A DNA stretch of 64,000 bases from a virus (lineage: Duplodnaviria > Caudoviricetes). Shown piece after piece: positions 37,611-51,200 of the stretch; the stretch's first letter is position 1, and each line of letters starts with the position of its first letter. Location of the stretch: the IMG/VR virus record IMGVR_UViG_3300042453_002790, positions 751 to 64,750 of that record. One strand, 5' to 3'. The notes under the pieces were generated by a model. It ran no database searches and was not told where the DNA came from. It worked only from the letters and a program-made list of their open reading frames with translations. A program made the position numbers and the translations under genes.

Positions 37611-39206
37611 TTAGAACTCCAGTACAATTTTAATGTCTTCTTTTTGATTAGCTGATCTAGGAATAGGTTGCCTGTTATCCAAGTAAATAATATCTCCAGA
37701 TTTTTTATTATATTCAGCAGAGGAAATTCCCGCTACAAATTCTTGACCTAACTGATATATTCTATTATTTATTGTGGTAGTTACACCACTAAAGTTTGGA
37801 TTAATTGATAGTGTCGGTCCAACAATTGAAGAACAAGTAATTGTTAATCCATATCCAACATCTGGATTAGAAGTAAATGGAATAATCTTAAATCCGGTTT
37901 CACTTGAAGCTAATCCTGTTGGTTGATAATACTTTAATACTCCAGTTATTGAATCCCAAGAAGCTACAAATCCAATTGCAGTTGATCCCAAACCTACAGT
38001 TTGTTTTATTACAGAATCTACTGCATATGTTGTATTAGTAGTTACTCCAGCTAACTTTAAAGCATTTAATCCACTAGCTAATGATAGATCCAAAAGTTCA
38101 ACATCACTTCCAACTATTGTTGGATTTTTTAGTATTCCCACCCTAGCAAAATCATTTCCTAAAATGATATCAGGATTACTTTCTAAAGTTTCATATCTAG
38201 AGTATAATAGTACTCTATATGCACCCAATTCCCTATAGATATCATATCCATGGCCACCTTTTGGAGGAATAATAACATTGAAAGATGCTATGGATGTTGT
38301 TCCAATTCCAGTATTACTCAATTGACGCAAAGGACCAGTTATCTCAGATCCAGGAGCCCCTGGATAAAATTCTATAGTACCATAAGTATATCCTTTTCCA
38401 CCATCAGTTACGAATATTTCAGATATTTTACCAAAAGAATCAATTGTTATTGTTGCTTTGCCACCAGTACCATCACCCAATATAGGAACATTTGAAAAAG
38501 AAGTTGAAATTGGTTGATAGTTGGAACCTCTATTATTAATAATAATAACTTCAATTTTTCCATCAACTGCATTATTTTTTGTAGAAATTGATTCTCCAGT
38601 ATTTCCCCAATCTTCGGGTACGGGAATGAATTCAATGGAGTCGAATTTTACAATTTCAGAAGGTTTAATAGTATACAAATATTTCCAAATATAACCATCA
38701 CCACTAGATCCTGCTGCTCGTGGTTCTAAGTCAATAAATGTTGGTTGATCAAAAGATGGTCTTCCTTTTGGATTCTCTGGATCTGTTCCATTTTGTAAAC
38801 ATATATAAACTCTCAAATCTTCATTAATTACATAATAATTTGCTTCATATAACCCAGTTTGAGATGTGACTGGAGTTACATTGAATACATTATAATCATG
38901 TCTATACATTTCATAAGTATTTCCAGCAACCCAATTTACCTTTCTTATAAGCCTTCTTACATCTTGTCCCGTAATTTGTTTTAAAGATATAATACTCTCT
39001 TTAACTTGATACTCTTCTTTGAATCCATCCAATGGAGATGGAGTATTTGTAATCCAAGTTGAAGAACCACCTGCAGCAGGATTAGTGCTGTTCGGTAGTC
39101 CAATAAAAGTATAATACTTATTTGACGTGTCACCCACCCCAGAGACACTTTTTACAAAGTTTTCTGCATTTATGATTCTAAATTGGTCTGATATGATGGC
39201 TGGCAT
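37611..39206 (-). CDS. gp8: Baseplate wedge subunit
   Basis: MPAIISDQFRI.NA.NF, W..G.TYEMYRHDY, VYICLQNG, DGYIWKYLYTI, IIPPKGGHG.D, SGDIIYLDNR.PI.RS.NQKEDIKIVLEF. Confidence 0.92.
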   Translation of the reverse strand: MPAIISDQFRIINAENFVKSVSGVGDTSNKYYTFIGLPNSTNPAAGGSSTWITNTPSPLDGFKEEYQVKESIISLKQITGQDVRRLIRKVNWVAGNTYEMYRHDYNVFNVTPVTSQTGLYEANYYVINEDLRVYICLQNGTDPENPKGRPSFDQPTFIDLEPRAAGSSGDGYIWKYLYTIKPSEIVKFDSIEFIPVPEDWGNTGESISTKNNAVDGKIEVIIINNRGSNYQPISTSFSNVPILGDGTGGKATITIDSFGKISEIFVTDGGKGYTYGTIEFYPGAPGSEITGPLRQLSNTGIGTTSIASFNVIIPPKGGHGYDIYRELGAYRVLLYSRYETLESNPDIILGNDFARVGILKNPTIVGSDVELLDLSLASGLNALKLAGVTTNTTYAVDSVIKQTVGLGSTAIGFVASWDSITGVLKYYQPTGLASSETGFKIIPFTSNPDVGYGLTITCSSIVGPTLSINPNFSGVTTTINNRIYQLGQEFVAGISSAEYNKKSGDIIYLDNRQPIPRSANQKEDIKIVLEF

Positions 39207-39239
39207 TTTGGAACATACTTTTTTTTATTTAGTTACTTT

Positions 39240-42200
39240 TTATTGACTTACCACACTTCTAGTCCTTAGAACTTTTGGAGAAGAAGACATTCCGGTAATT
39301 CCGTTATCAACAAAGACATCAAAAGATTGTGGATTATCCAGAACTCTATTCTGGTAGTCATATATTTTAGCCCAACTATATCTTCCATAATAACCATTCG
39401 TATTAATTCCAGTATCATTTTCTCCTCTAGGGAAAACTTGTACATAATTTTCTGTCGGTGACTTTGGCGCAACATTACATGTTACTGTTACTATACCTAA
39501 AGAAGGTGATGTGACATCTTCGACCAAATAAACACCGTCTAAGAACTGAGTAGCTACTCCAACGATAGAATTTGGATAATTAGACATTCCTCCTAGTGCG
39601 GTAGATATTCCAACCAAATTATGTAATGTTTCAACATTGCTATCAGTAATAACAAAATAATCTCCTTTAGAAAGTTGACTATAAGTAATACCATATGCAT
39701 TTAATGCGGAATAACCTACCCCCAAGGTGCTATTATCATACTGTTCAGATTTTAGGACAAAAGAAATTTTTGGAGATGTTGTTCCAATACCAGGAGTTCC
39801 TGTAATATATGTTTGAACACCAACGAGTATTCCATGATCACCTAAAACCTTAAACGATCTAATTAATTCGGTTTTATAAGTATCGAATTCGACAATAACC
39901 GGAGGAGGATTATTGATATCATATCCAAATCCAGGATTGTCAACTTGTATGGAAGTAACAATACCACCAGTTACACTAGAAACCGCCGTAGCTCTATTAA
40001 ATATAGGTTCTGCATGTATTGCAGTACCACCAGAACCTACGGCAATGTATCTACCATCCGTTCCAACACTATCTACAAATATGACATCATTAATAAATTT
40101 AGATTGCAATGTGCTTCTATAAATCCAATTACTTAAATCGAAGGAATAGTATATTTCCCCAGTTGATGTTGTAATTACATAGAAACCATAATTATAATAT
40201 ATGTTTTCTATATTTTGAGAACCAAGATTATTTGAAACAATTGTATATAAATTTCTGTTAATAGATTGTAAAACTACTCCGGAATCACCAACTGCAACAA
40301 ATTTTCCATCGGCATAAATTACCTTATTTAAATTACTGGATACTGGGGACGTAACAAATTCCCAAATAGTTCCATTATTTGATGTTCTAATAACTCCATC
40401 ATTACCAACGGCAACAAAATATTCAGCTCCAAACGAAACACTATTTAAATCGGATAAAGTTTCAGAGTATCTATTGACAAATGAATCAGTAACTATACCA
40501 GCTCCAACAAATATTGATCCACCAGCGCCAACTGCAACCCAAGAATCTACAACGCTAGAATACGCAATTTGATTAAATGTTCCAGTATAACTACTTCCTA
40601 CTCTATTAACTACTCCAAAACCAGGAACTGTGATGTCCTCTAATAGTGGAATTTCCACCCAACTGGAAATAGTTGTTCCAAAATCTGTAGCTTTTATAAT
40701 CTTACCTAGAGTACCTACAGAAACTAATAAGTTACTTGTACCTATACCAACTACTTCAATTGAGTTAAAATCGGAAGATTGACCAAAACCAACTGTACCT
40801 ACTTCCCAATTTATTCCATCAAAACTTGTAACATAAACAGAACTACTTCCTACTGAAACAAATTTATCCTTATATTTGATTGATTTCAAATCATAAGTAG
40901 TAGTTAATCCAACTCCGCCAGTCCAATTAAAAATAGGATCCTTTTTACTAATGAAAGTTTCCGAAATAATAACTTTTGGAGATTGAGTATTTGCATATCC
41001 TATACCACCATCAATTATATTAATTGATGAAATAGTTGATGAAGTTGAAACTACTGATTCAACTAAACATGGTTCAATAGTTTTATTTTCTAATATTACT
41101 AAATCTCTTATGTCTTCAGAAAGTGAATCTACGTCGTTGAATAATGGATATGCATTATCAACATATATTGATGCGTCATCTGGTTGAATTTTTTTAATAA
41201 CAGTTGCAAAAGGTCTAATATTACTCTTTAAACTTGGTCTAGCCTTTGAATAAAGTGAACCACTAATAACGGTATCAGAAAGTTGTTTCTCCCAAGTAAG
41301 AGGTCTAACTCGTGTTGAATCTGTTATAATTCCGACAGAATAATAATTAAATGTTTCTAGTTGATCAGAAGAAGTAATTTTCTTAACAACTCTATCAAAT
41401 TGAGAAATATCAAAAAGATCTCTGGGATTTTCCTGAATTGTTATTTTATCTCCAGGTTTAATTGTTTTTGGAGGATCAATTAACTCAACATCTACTGAAG
41501 ATCCCCTATAATAAAGAATATCACATTTTGATCCACTCTTAGGTGGTTCTGTAAATGTTACTCTAGTTCCCGAGAAAGTATAAGATACATTAGGAACTTG
41601 AAGTACATCATTCAAGTATATAAAGATATTATTGGTTAAATCTAAATCAGTTCCATCAGGAACTTTTAGACCTACAATCTGCCTTACTCCATTTAAGGTA
41701 GTAGAAAGAGTGAACTTTCTTCTAAATCCATTAAAGAATTGCGAAATATCATCAAATTGTATGAATTGACCTGGGTAAAAACCAGAAAAACTATCTGTCT
41801 CTATTTCTTCAACTGTTATGACAAATGGTTCAAATATTACACCAGTGTTAGTTGGAATTCCAATTGGGGATAGTTTATCGCCAACTTTATATCCAACTCC
41901 AGGTTGATCAAACTTATATGAAATAATACTAGATCCCATACCAACTTCAACTGTAAGTTTAGCATTTTGACCTACGCCAGAAGTTCCTCCGGTATAACCC
42001 AAACTTAAATTACTGTAACCTGTTGGTATTCCAATTCTTACCTCTGGCAATGATGTCGATGTATATCCAGATCCTGCATTTACAATAGTAAATCCAGAAA
42101 TTGTTCCGGCTGCACTTACTGTTGCAGTAATACTTGCACCAGTTCCGATAGTAGATGCAATACTAATAACTGGAGCATTTCTATATCCAGATCCACCACC

Positions 42201-45200
42201 TGTTACAATTATATTACTAATGGTTCCAGCAGCAGAAACAACCACAGTAACAGCTGCACCAATTCTTGGACTGTATCCAAAACTGCTTGATACGCCAACT
42301 TTTGATATTTTTCCAGAATTTGGAGTACCAGATAAAAATCTAAGAACATTTACTCCACTACCATCAACAGTATAATCTGAAGTTGGACTTTGGAAAACAT
42401 TGTTGATTAATACTATAGGATTATTATTAATCTCAGTAATACTGTTTACATCATTAAAGAGTACATTTGTAGTTTGTCCTTGAGATTTTGCAGTAAATTC
42501 TGTTGCTGCAATACCAGTGAAAGATAGTGATATGTCATCTAATAGTATATTTTTATCAATAGTAACACTTGGATCGAATTTTCTACTAAAAGCTCTAGCG
42601 CTAAATATCGATCCAGTTTCCAATCCTACTGGTCCTATTTTGCCATATGGAGCAGTGTCAAAATATATTACATCTCCAACAACATTAAAATCACCATTTA
42701 AAACTGTTGCGGCTGCTCCTATAGTATGTGAACTTGCCACTGATCCAAAATAACCCCTAATAACTTCTATTTGATTCGATGATGTTATTCCAATATTTCT
42801 AATTGAAACAAGTTCATCATCAATATTAATAATATCATTAATACTTAATGAAGAAATTCCAGAAGAAATATCTAATATTGTAGTTGAAGCTGTAGAAACG
42901 CTGGAAGCAAAAGAAACACTCAATGATTTTCTACTTAAAGCTTTTTGTATGATTCCATCAACAGTAACAATTATGCTGGCATTTGGATCTTTATATTCAA
43001 GATAATGGGTTGCAGTTCCAATATCAGTCAAATTAAAGAATACACTAGTCGAAAATCCAGAAAGTTTAAATTGGTTATCATTTAACTTAAATACAAACAC
43101 CGAACGTGGTAAATTTTTAGTTCCAAGTTCCAACGGTTTAAAGGATAAATCGTCAATCGAAGATGATCCCCCAATATAAGTACCAGCAATTGAAATTACT
43201 GAATTGGAATCGTATCCAGATCCACCATTCAAAACTTTAACATATTCAATTTCGCCATCATTATTTCTAGAAATATCAAAAGTAGCTCCACTCAAATCAG
43301 AAGAAGGTACTGATAGATAACTTTGATTTGCTTCTGATTGTATTACAGTAGGGCCAGTTTTAGAAACTATGAAGCTGAGATCATTTGTTGGACTTGTTCC
43401 ACCAAAATATGTTCCAGATATAGAAACTTGTTCTCCAATATTATATCCTTTACCACCTTTTCTTAAAACCAAGGTAGAATCTAAGTAAACTCCAAGTGAA
43501 TCATATGAAATTGTTGCATCAAATTCTGCATCAGTTCCAAAACCAGTTGTGTTTACTCCAATTACTTGAGAATATACGACAATATCAAAAGGAATACCAT
43601 TAGGAACTGTTCCAGAAATACTGGTAGTTATAGCAACATTATATCCATTTTCAAATATTGCAGTTCCATCAAATTCATTAACCTGAATCAATGTATCAAG
43701 TTCACCACTGGCATATGATGTAGATCCAATTCCAATTGGAGTTCCTCCACCATATGTGTAAATTAACTCTTGTCCAGATTGGAAATTATGATTTTGAATT
43801 GTAATTGTATCATTAATAATATTAACACTATTTCCATTAAACTGGTGTTTAAATAAAGAAGTTCCTTTATTTTTTAGTTTGAACGTAGTTAATCCAACTA
43901 CAGATCCACCTCTAGTTAATGACGGATATGTTATTATTGGTGCAAAATCCGTTCCCAATCCAATAATTGTAGTGATTATTCCAACATAATTACCTATTGC
44001 GGATCTGACATCTGAACAATCAGTCGTTCCATAATTTTCTGTTGGTATACCCGACAAACTACTCGATCCTATTGCAACAGTTAAAATACCAACCAAAGTA
44101 TCTACATTTGATTGAACATCTGCACAAGATAATGGATCCGTGTTAAATCCTGTTAAAGGATCTGCGGTTATTGTAAGATCCTTGACATTTAATTGATTTG
44201 TTATCGCTTTTTTAATGTAATTTTTTGCACTTTCAAAAGCGTAAATTGATTCAGATTCTTCACCTAATAATCCAGTAGTTAATGCTGCACCTGCACCAGT
44301 GAAATACTTTTTGGTTGAATATATTATGTGTTGATTTGTTCCATAAGCTAAATCCTGAGCAACCGAATCGACAATATATCCCAAATCACGATAACACTTA
44401 TTTCCACCAGTAGTATAACTACCAACATTAACTACAGGTAAAAGAGTTGTTGTTCCGAGGGAGATAACTGATGTGATAATTCCAACCAAGTTCACAATAT
44501 TGAGTTGAACATCAGTACAAGCAGCAACAGAAGTTATTCCAACGGTCGTACCTATACCATAAGTTGGTTGCCCAGCGGTAATTGTTAGATCCTTTATTGT
44601 AAGTCCATTTCTGACTGCAGATCGCATCAAATCTCTAGCTTGACAGAAAGCAAATATTGACTCAGCTTCTTCTCCGACTAATCCATTTGAAATTGGACTT
44701 CCATTATTAAAATATTGAAGAGTAAATTCTCTAGAATACTTATTTCCACCAGTAAATATGTCGGTAGAGACAGCATCTACAAAATATCCCAAATCCCTCT
44801 TACATTTTGAAATGGTAGTAGAAATTCCGGGGTATACTGAAAGAGTGTTTGCCCAAGCAGTATCAACAATTTCCTGTCTGTTTTGTTGTATCAATCTATA
44901 TCCATCATAATACCTAGATCTGGAATTAGTTTGAGTATCTCCAGGGAAATAGAAATCGGAAAATCCAATAGCAACGGAAGCTAAAGATTTATCCAGTATC
45001 TCTTTTTTATTTGCAAGAATTAGATTTCTAGAATCTTTATATCTATTACTATTTGGATTGGTTGGATCTGGTATTAAATTAAAATTGAATTCTTGATCAA
45101 CGGATGATTGATATAAAGTTGGGGGACTTTGATTGTTTATAATGTATTGACTTAAGAATTTGACATAATTATATGCAAATAAAGTTTCCTCAGTTTCATT

Positions 45201-48200
45201 AGTTACGTATGAAACTCCTGCATCCCAATAGTATACACCGGATTCAACTGATTTATTATTTGAATTATATTTAATATCATGAGATATAGCATCAACAATA
45301 AAACCAACATCTCTCTTACATTTATCTCTATTGTAAGTCGTACTTAATCCTATATTCGGGTAATTGAATTCAACAAAAGAGACAACTTCTTCTTGAATAA
45401 ATTCTCTATTTAAATCCAATAAATCCGAAGCATCTGCAAATCTACCTCTCAGTTCTTGTTCTGAAGTTCCATTAAACTGATCACTTATATCGTCAACGGA
45501 AATAACTTTATTTGTTTTATTGAGAATATAAGAACTTAAATCAATTCCTTCTTCAAAAAATACATCTTGTATTGATCCATCTTCTAATAAATCTTCTTCA
45601 TAAACTCTAGCAAAATTTTTCTTAGTATTTAATGATATTACTTCATCAACGTTAATAAACGTAAAAGAATCAGATGTAGATAATCTAGGTTTCATGTCAG
45701 ATGACTTGGCAATTCCCAAATTAACTTCATTTAATGTTGGTTTTGTTAAAATTTCCAAATCAGAAAATTCTTTGAATCCAGATGGATGGAGAATGGATCT
45801 TACTGATTCTCTCCAAACATTGTATGGAATATTACCCTTGATAGAGTAAGAGAATTTCTGGTAATAGAAATTATCTGAAATTCTTTGTGAATAATCATTT
45901 AAAATTCCAGAAGAAAAATCTATAGAAGATGTTTTATCTCTAGAAACACCCAAAGTTGCAGGTAAGTTGAATACATCAAAATACTCAATAGTACCACTAA
46001 TTTTAGATGTTTCTCCAAAGATTTTAGCTCCTACAGTGACTTCACCACTAACATTTTTCAATCTCATTTGGTTAAGATCATTATCCCAACCATTTTCCAT
46101 TACTACACCAGAAAATCTTGGTGAAGAAACCCTTTCATTTGATTTATAACTAACATCATCTTTCAATATCATTTCAAAAACAGGCATATCATTTTTATTA
46201 ATGACTACGCCCAGATTAAATTCATCATTATATGTACCAAAAGATCCTGTAGAAATACCGGACATATCATAAGTCACTGTATTGTTGACAGTGTTTACCC
46301 CAACAACATCGAAGAAAGTGTAATTATATGAAGATGAATTAAAATTAGCTTGGTCAGATGTTGCATCAGTTAATCTGCAATTTTCAATAAAAATTTTATC
46401 TCCAATCTTGAAAGGATATATGTATTCAGTTTTTCCATATCCAATAGGTAAAAATGGATTAAGACCTGCGATATTTGATAATTCTAAAGTTACTAAATCT
46501 CCAACAAAAGAAATTGTATCAATTTCATATCCATTCGAATTATATATTGGAATAATTTCAAAAGGACTAGATATGGAAGTAGAATTTGTAATAATATCTA
46601 CAGAAGTTATGGAACCTCCAGATATATTAGCACTGAGTTCTATTCCATTAGTATCATCTTTTACTACCAATTTTGGTGGACTATTATATCTTCTACCTCC
46701 AGTAACTATTCCAACATAATCTATTGTTCTTATATTTTTTACTCCAATAATAGTAGGAACACTCAAAGATGGAGAAAGAGTAGGATCTGTAGGATAATCA
46801 AATCCATCTTTAACTCTATCAAAAGATTCAACTCTTCCTATAGTAGGTGATGTTAGTTTAACTACTGCATTTGTACCAGAAACACTTCGAACTTCTCTAA
46901 CATTAGGTAATTTTTTATATCCTCTGCCTGGGAAGTTAATTTTTAATTTAGATATTGGTCCTAAAGCACTAGTAGATGTAGTTTTATAAGAAAAATTCGT
47001 TAGGCTTTGAACAAGAATTTGTCTCTCAATAGAAGTTAATTTTTTATCATTATAGAAAGTAAATGTTCTATCATCTGGAACTGTATTTACTACAAAAGTA
47101 GTATTTAATTGATGATTTATAATAGAGATCTTATTATTTGATATTACGTCAAAATCTGTAGATATTTGGTTCTTACTTTCGTCGGATGATCCTTTAGTAA
47201 ATAAATTATAATAAATTGGGAAAAATTGAGAAGAAAGATCCAAAATAACTTTGGCATCAGGACTACCAGCAATTCCTTCCCTTGTTACAAAGAAACCAGT
47301 TCTTTCATTTATTCTTTCAACAAAATTTACATCATAATAAAATTGCAAATCTAGATTAGATAAACTAGGATCAGATAAATCGAATTCTATTTTTGTTGTT
47401 CTTATGCAACTAATTTGTGGATTAACAAAATATAATTTATGAGTACTTCCTCCAATAGAAGAAAAAGTAATAAAATTAGATTCTTCTATATCACTTCTAT
47501 ATTTACACAACTGTATAGAATTTAAATCAGTTTTTGAAACATAATAAACTCCATAATTGGTCAAACCATTTATAGGAAACTGAGAGACATATACAACTTT
47601 GTCACCCGTTTCAATATTACCAGTATATGAAGAAATATCTATAGAACTCTTGGATAAAATAACATCAGTATCAGAGAATTCAACTTCTCTCATCAAAACT
47701 TTTCTATTTACTGGATCAAAAATAACTTTTACAACTTCATTATAATCAGTACTTACATTGAATTTTATGATATCACCGACATTCAAATTATGATTTGATG
47801 TAGTAGTAACTATTCCAAGTATTTTTTGTACATTTCCAGTAATTTTTTGATTCAATGTAGTTAAAGAATGAGCAGCTCCGATCACTCCATAAGATTTAGT
47901 TTGATCCCAAAATTCTACAGAGTTTAAATTTGTACCTATTCCAGTCGAACTTGTAAATCCAATTGTTGATAATCCAATGTAATCCTTACCAAGATTGACA
48001 GCATAAACTACCTGATTGTCATGTAGTTTAATAGAAACTGCAGAACCAACATTATTTACATATAAAGATGTTCCACCAACTCCAGAAGATCCAGAATTAT
48101 ACAGTAATGGTTGACCAGTGAAGAACTTATGTCCAGGTAAGTATATACTTCTAGTTGGAATAAATTGGTTTACCGACGTAGTGGTTCCAAGCCCTACTGT

Positions 48201-51200
48201 AGTAATAACTGAACCCGTACTACCAATTCCTATAGAAATCTTTGGATCGAAGAATGTAGTATAATTTTCTAATGTTATGTCCTTTACTTCTCCTGTAGGA
48301 ATCTTAAATTCCCTCGGTAGTAAAACTGCGTTATCTACTCCAACTGTATGAATTCCAGTATTTTGAAGTCGATTTACATAAAAACCAGATCTTCTTGGAT
48401 CAATACCAGTAATTAATAGGACTTCCGATCCTATGCCTACAAAATCATTAACTTTAAATCCACTGATATCTTTTAACATTATGAACGTAGATACACCAGT
48501 TACACCTACGCTGTCAATATCCGCCATTAATTCGGATTCTTTTTCTGCAACTTTGACAAATTTAATACCTTCAAATTTTGATGAAGTAATTGTGGATATT
48601 CCACTAATCAAAACTGGTTGATCATTTTTAATTCCGTGTGGGGCAGTTGCTGTTATTACAGTATCAGGTACTTTTACAAATAATTCTACATTTTCTATTA
48701 AATCTTCAGATAAAGTAAAGGATTCAATTTCTCTACCCTCTAATTCACTTACAACAATATTTGATTGTATGCCATCAGTATTTGATATGTCTACGTCTAC
48801 TGGATCATTTATTTTATAATTATCTCCAGCAGAAAATATAGATACGTCTTCTATTTTACCAGAATTTATTGAGGTTACTGAGAATTCTTGTTTATATTCA
48901 TCTAATACGGTATCAATTAAATCATATGAGGAATTAGCTCTGTTTAGATAATATGGCCCAACATTTCTACTTAAATTTGTAGTAAAAACATTAGAATTTT
49001 GATTATATGAAGGTAAGAAATTTTCGGATATTGGATTGTTATAGAAATAAGGTCCAATTAGATATGGGTATCTTGGAACGGACTGGTTTGATGCACTAAC
49101 TTCTATTGTAGAGAAATATGCATAAACACCATTAGGATATTCTGGAGTTATTGCAAATCTTCCATTATGTTGATCCAAATCACCAGATCCATCATATACA
49201 TAGTCATTAATAAAAAATCCAGCCTCAAATAAAGGTGGTCTCTTTCCACTAGTCAAATCAATATCCAAAACATAACCAGGATTCATTCTTCTTATAAAAC
49301 CACCAGTAGTAGTGTCATATGCATAAGGACCATAAATTGGGTTTCCATCATATGCATATCCCAAAATTGGGGAATGATTTAATATTCCAGTATTTTCTTT
49401 GTTATCTTCAGTAAAGTTATCGGATAGTTGATATCTTAATTTTTTGGGTACATAGAAAGTAATGAATTGAAGTTCGAGTTCTGGATTCTTACTTGCATGA
49501 AGTATACCATCATCATCAGGAGAAATAATATTTTTACTCTTTACAACCTGATTTATTTTCCATTCAGTTACATTTGTAAGGAACTTAGCATTTCTTCCTC
49601 TATTTTTTAATGTTAAAATTGTATTTGCAGTTTCATATCCAACCCCACCAAAAACAATATTAACAGCAGCTAATCTACCATCCTCAACAATTGGTTCTAG
49701 TTGTGCGTATTTACCTTCACCAGAAACTACTATTTCCGAATTTTTTCTAAATCCTCTACCCCTGTTTATGATTTGTACATCAACTATTGATCCATCAATA
49801 ATAATTGGTTTTAAAATAGCTTCAGAAGTTATACTTGAAATACCAACATCAGGTCTTCTATGATAATTAACAATATTAGTACAACCATACCCTATACCAC
49901 CATCTTCAAGATAAACATCTTCAATTGACCCCAATACAATAGGGTTTAACTCAGGTGTTATTATTGTAGTGGATCCTACAGCAGATTTTGATTCTATTTT
50001 TATTTCAATCGGAGGATATGAAATAGTATGAGTTCCAATTCCTAGTGAATTTAATTTAACAAATTTATTTTTAATATAGTTTTCATCATTTAAACTAGTA
50101 CTAAATCCAGCATCATAGAGCCTAAATTTGTTAACATCAATTATTCCAACTTTATAATATACTGAAGATGTAAGTCCACTTATTGGAGTGTTGGAGTAAT
50201 TATATGTGACATATTCTCCATCAGAGAATCCATGATTTTTTGCAAAAATGTATGAATCGAATGTATTAATACCAGAAGTTCTATTATCTCCAGAAAGTAT
50301 AGAAGGAACTTTTACTCTTCTATTTGAATACCCTTCTCCTGGATTTTTAACATAAATTTTGGTAAAAGTATTTTTATTCTTTAAAGTTGTTATAAAGTGA
50401 AATCCAGAAGAAACTCCAACTATATCAATTTCATTTATTTTTTGAAGGGCATCAGTTTTATTATTGAATAATTTAATTTTGTTATCTGTTAAAATACCAA
50501 CAAAATATATTGAATTGTCTACAATACCTGGAATATTGTTATTTTTATTCGAGTCATATACAATCTCCTCTCCATCTTCAAATGGAATAGAGTTCAAAAA
50601 CTGTATAGTATTGTCTGCTGTAGATACATTTAGGTCCGCTTTAAATCCTGCAGAAACTCTAGTAGTTACGAAATTAGATTCCAATATACATCCTTTACCA
50701 TTACCACCAACAATGGTAATTTTTGGTTTTTCTTGATATCCATAACCAGCATTTAATATTTTAACTTCTCTAATACTACCAGAAATATTTAAGTGCGCCT
50801 TAACTCCAGATCCACTTACATCTTTTACATCCAAAGAAGGTACATCAATTACATCATAATCTTCTCCAGAATTGGTGACATCGATAGAAGATATGGATCC
50901 ATAGTAAATATTTTCATCAAATAATGTTGGAGATAGTATCTCAACCCCATTTATCAACATACCAAGTTCTCTATTGAACGTGGTTCTTTTATTTAAGTCA
51001 TCAAATAATACCTTTGTTTTATTAAAAGGGAATTTCTTTAGTAATTTTTGGTGAGTTAAAGTTTTATTCTCATATCCCGATTTAAATATAACATCATTAG
51101 TTACTGGGGAACTAACTTGAATATATTTTTTTGAGAAAATATCAGATTTACTATATGATAATTTTAATTTAGTACTATCTATCCTAGTAATGTAGTAAAG

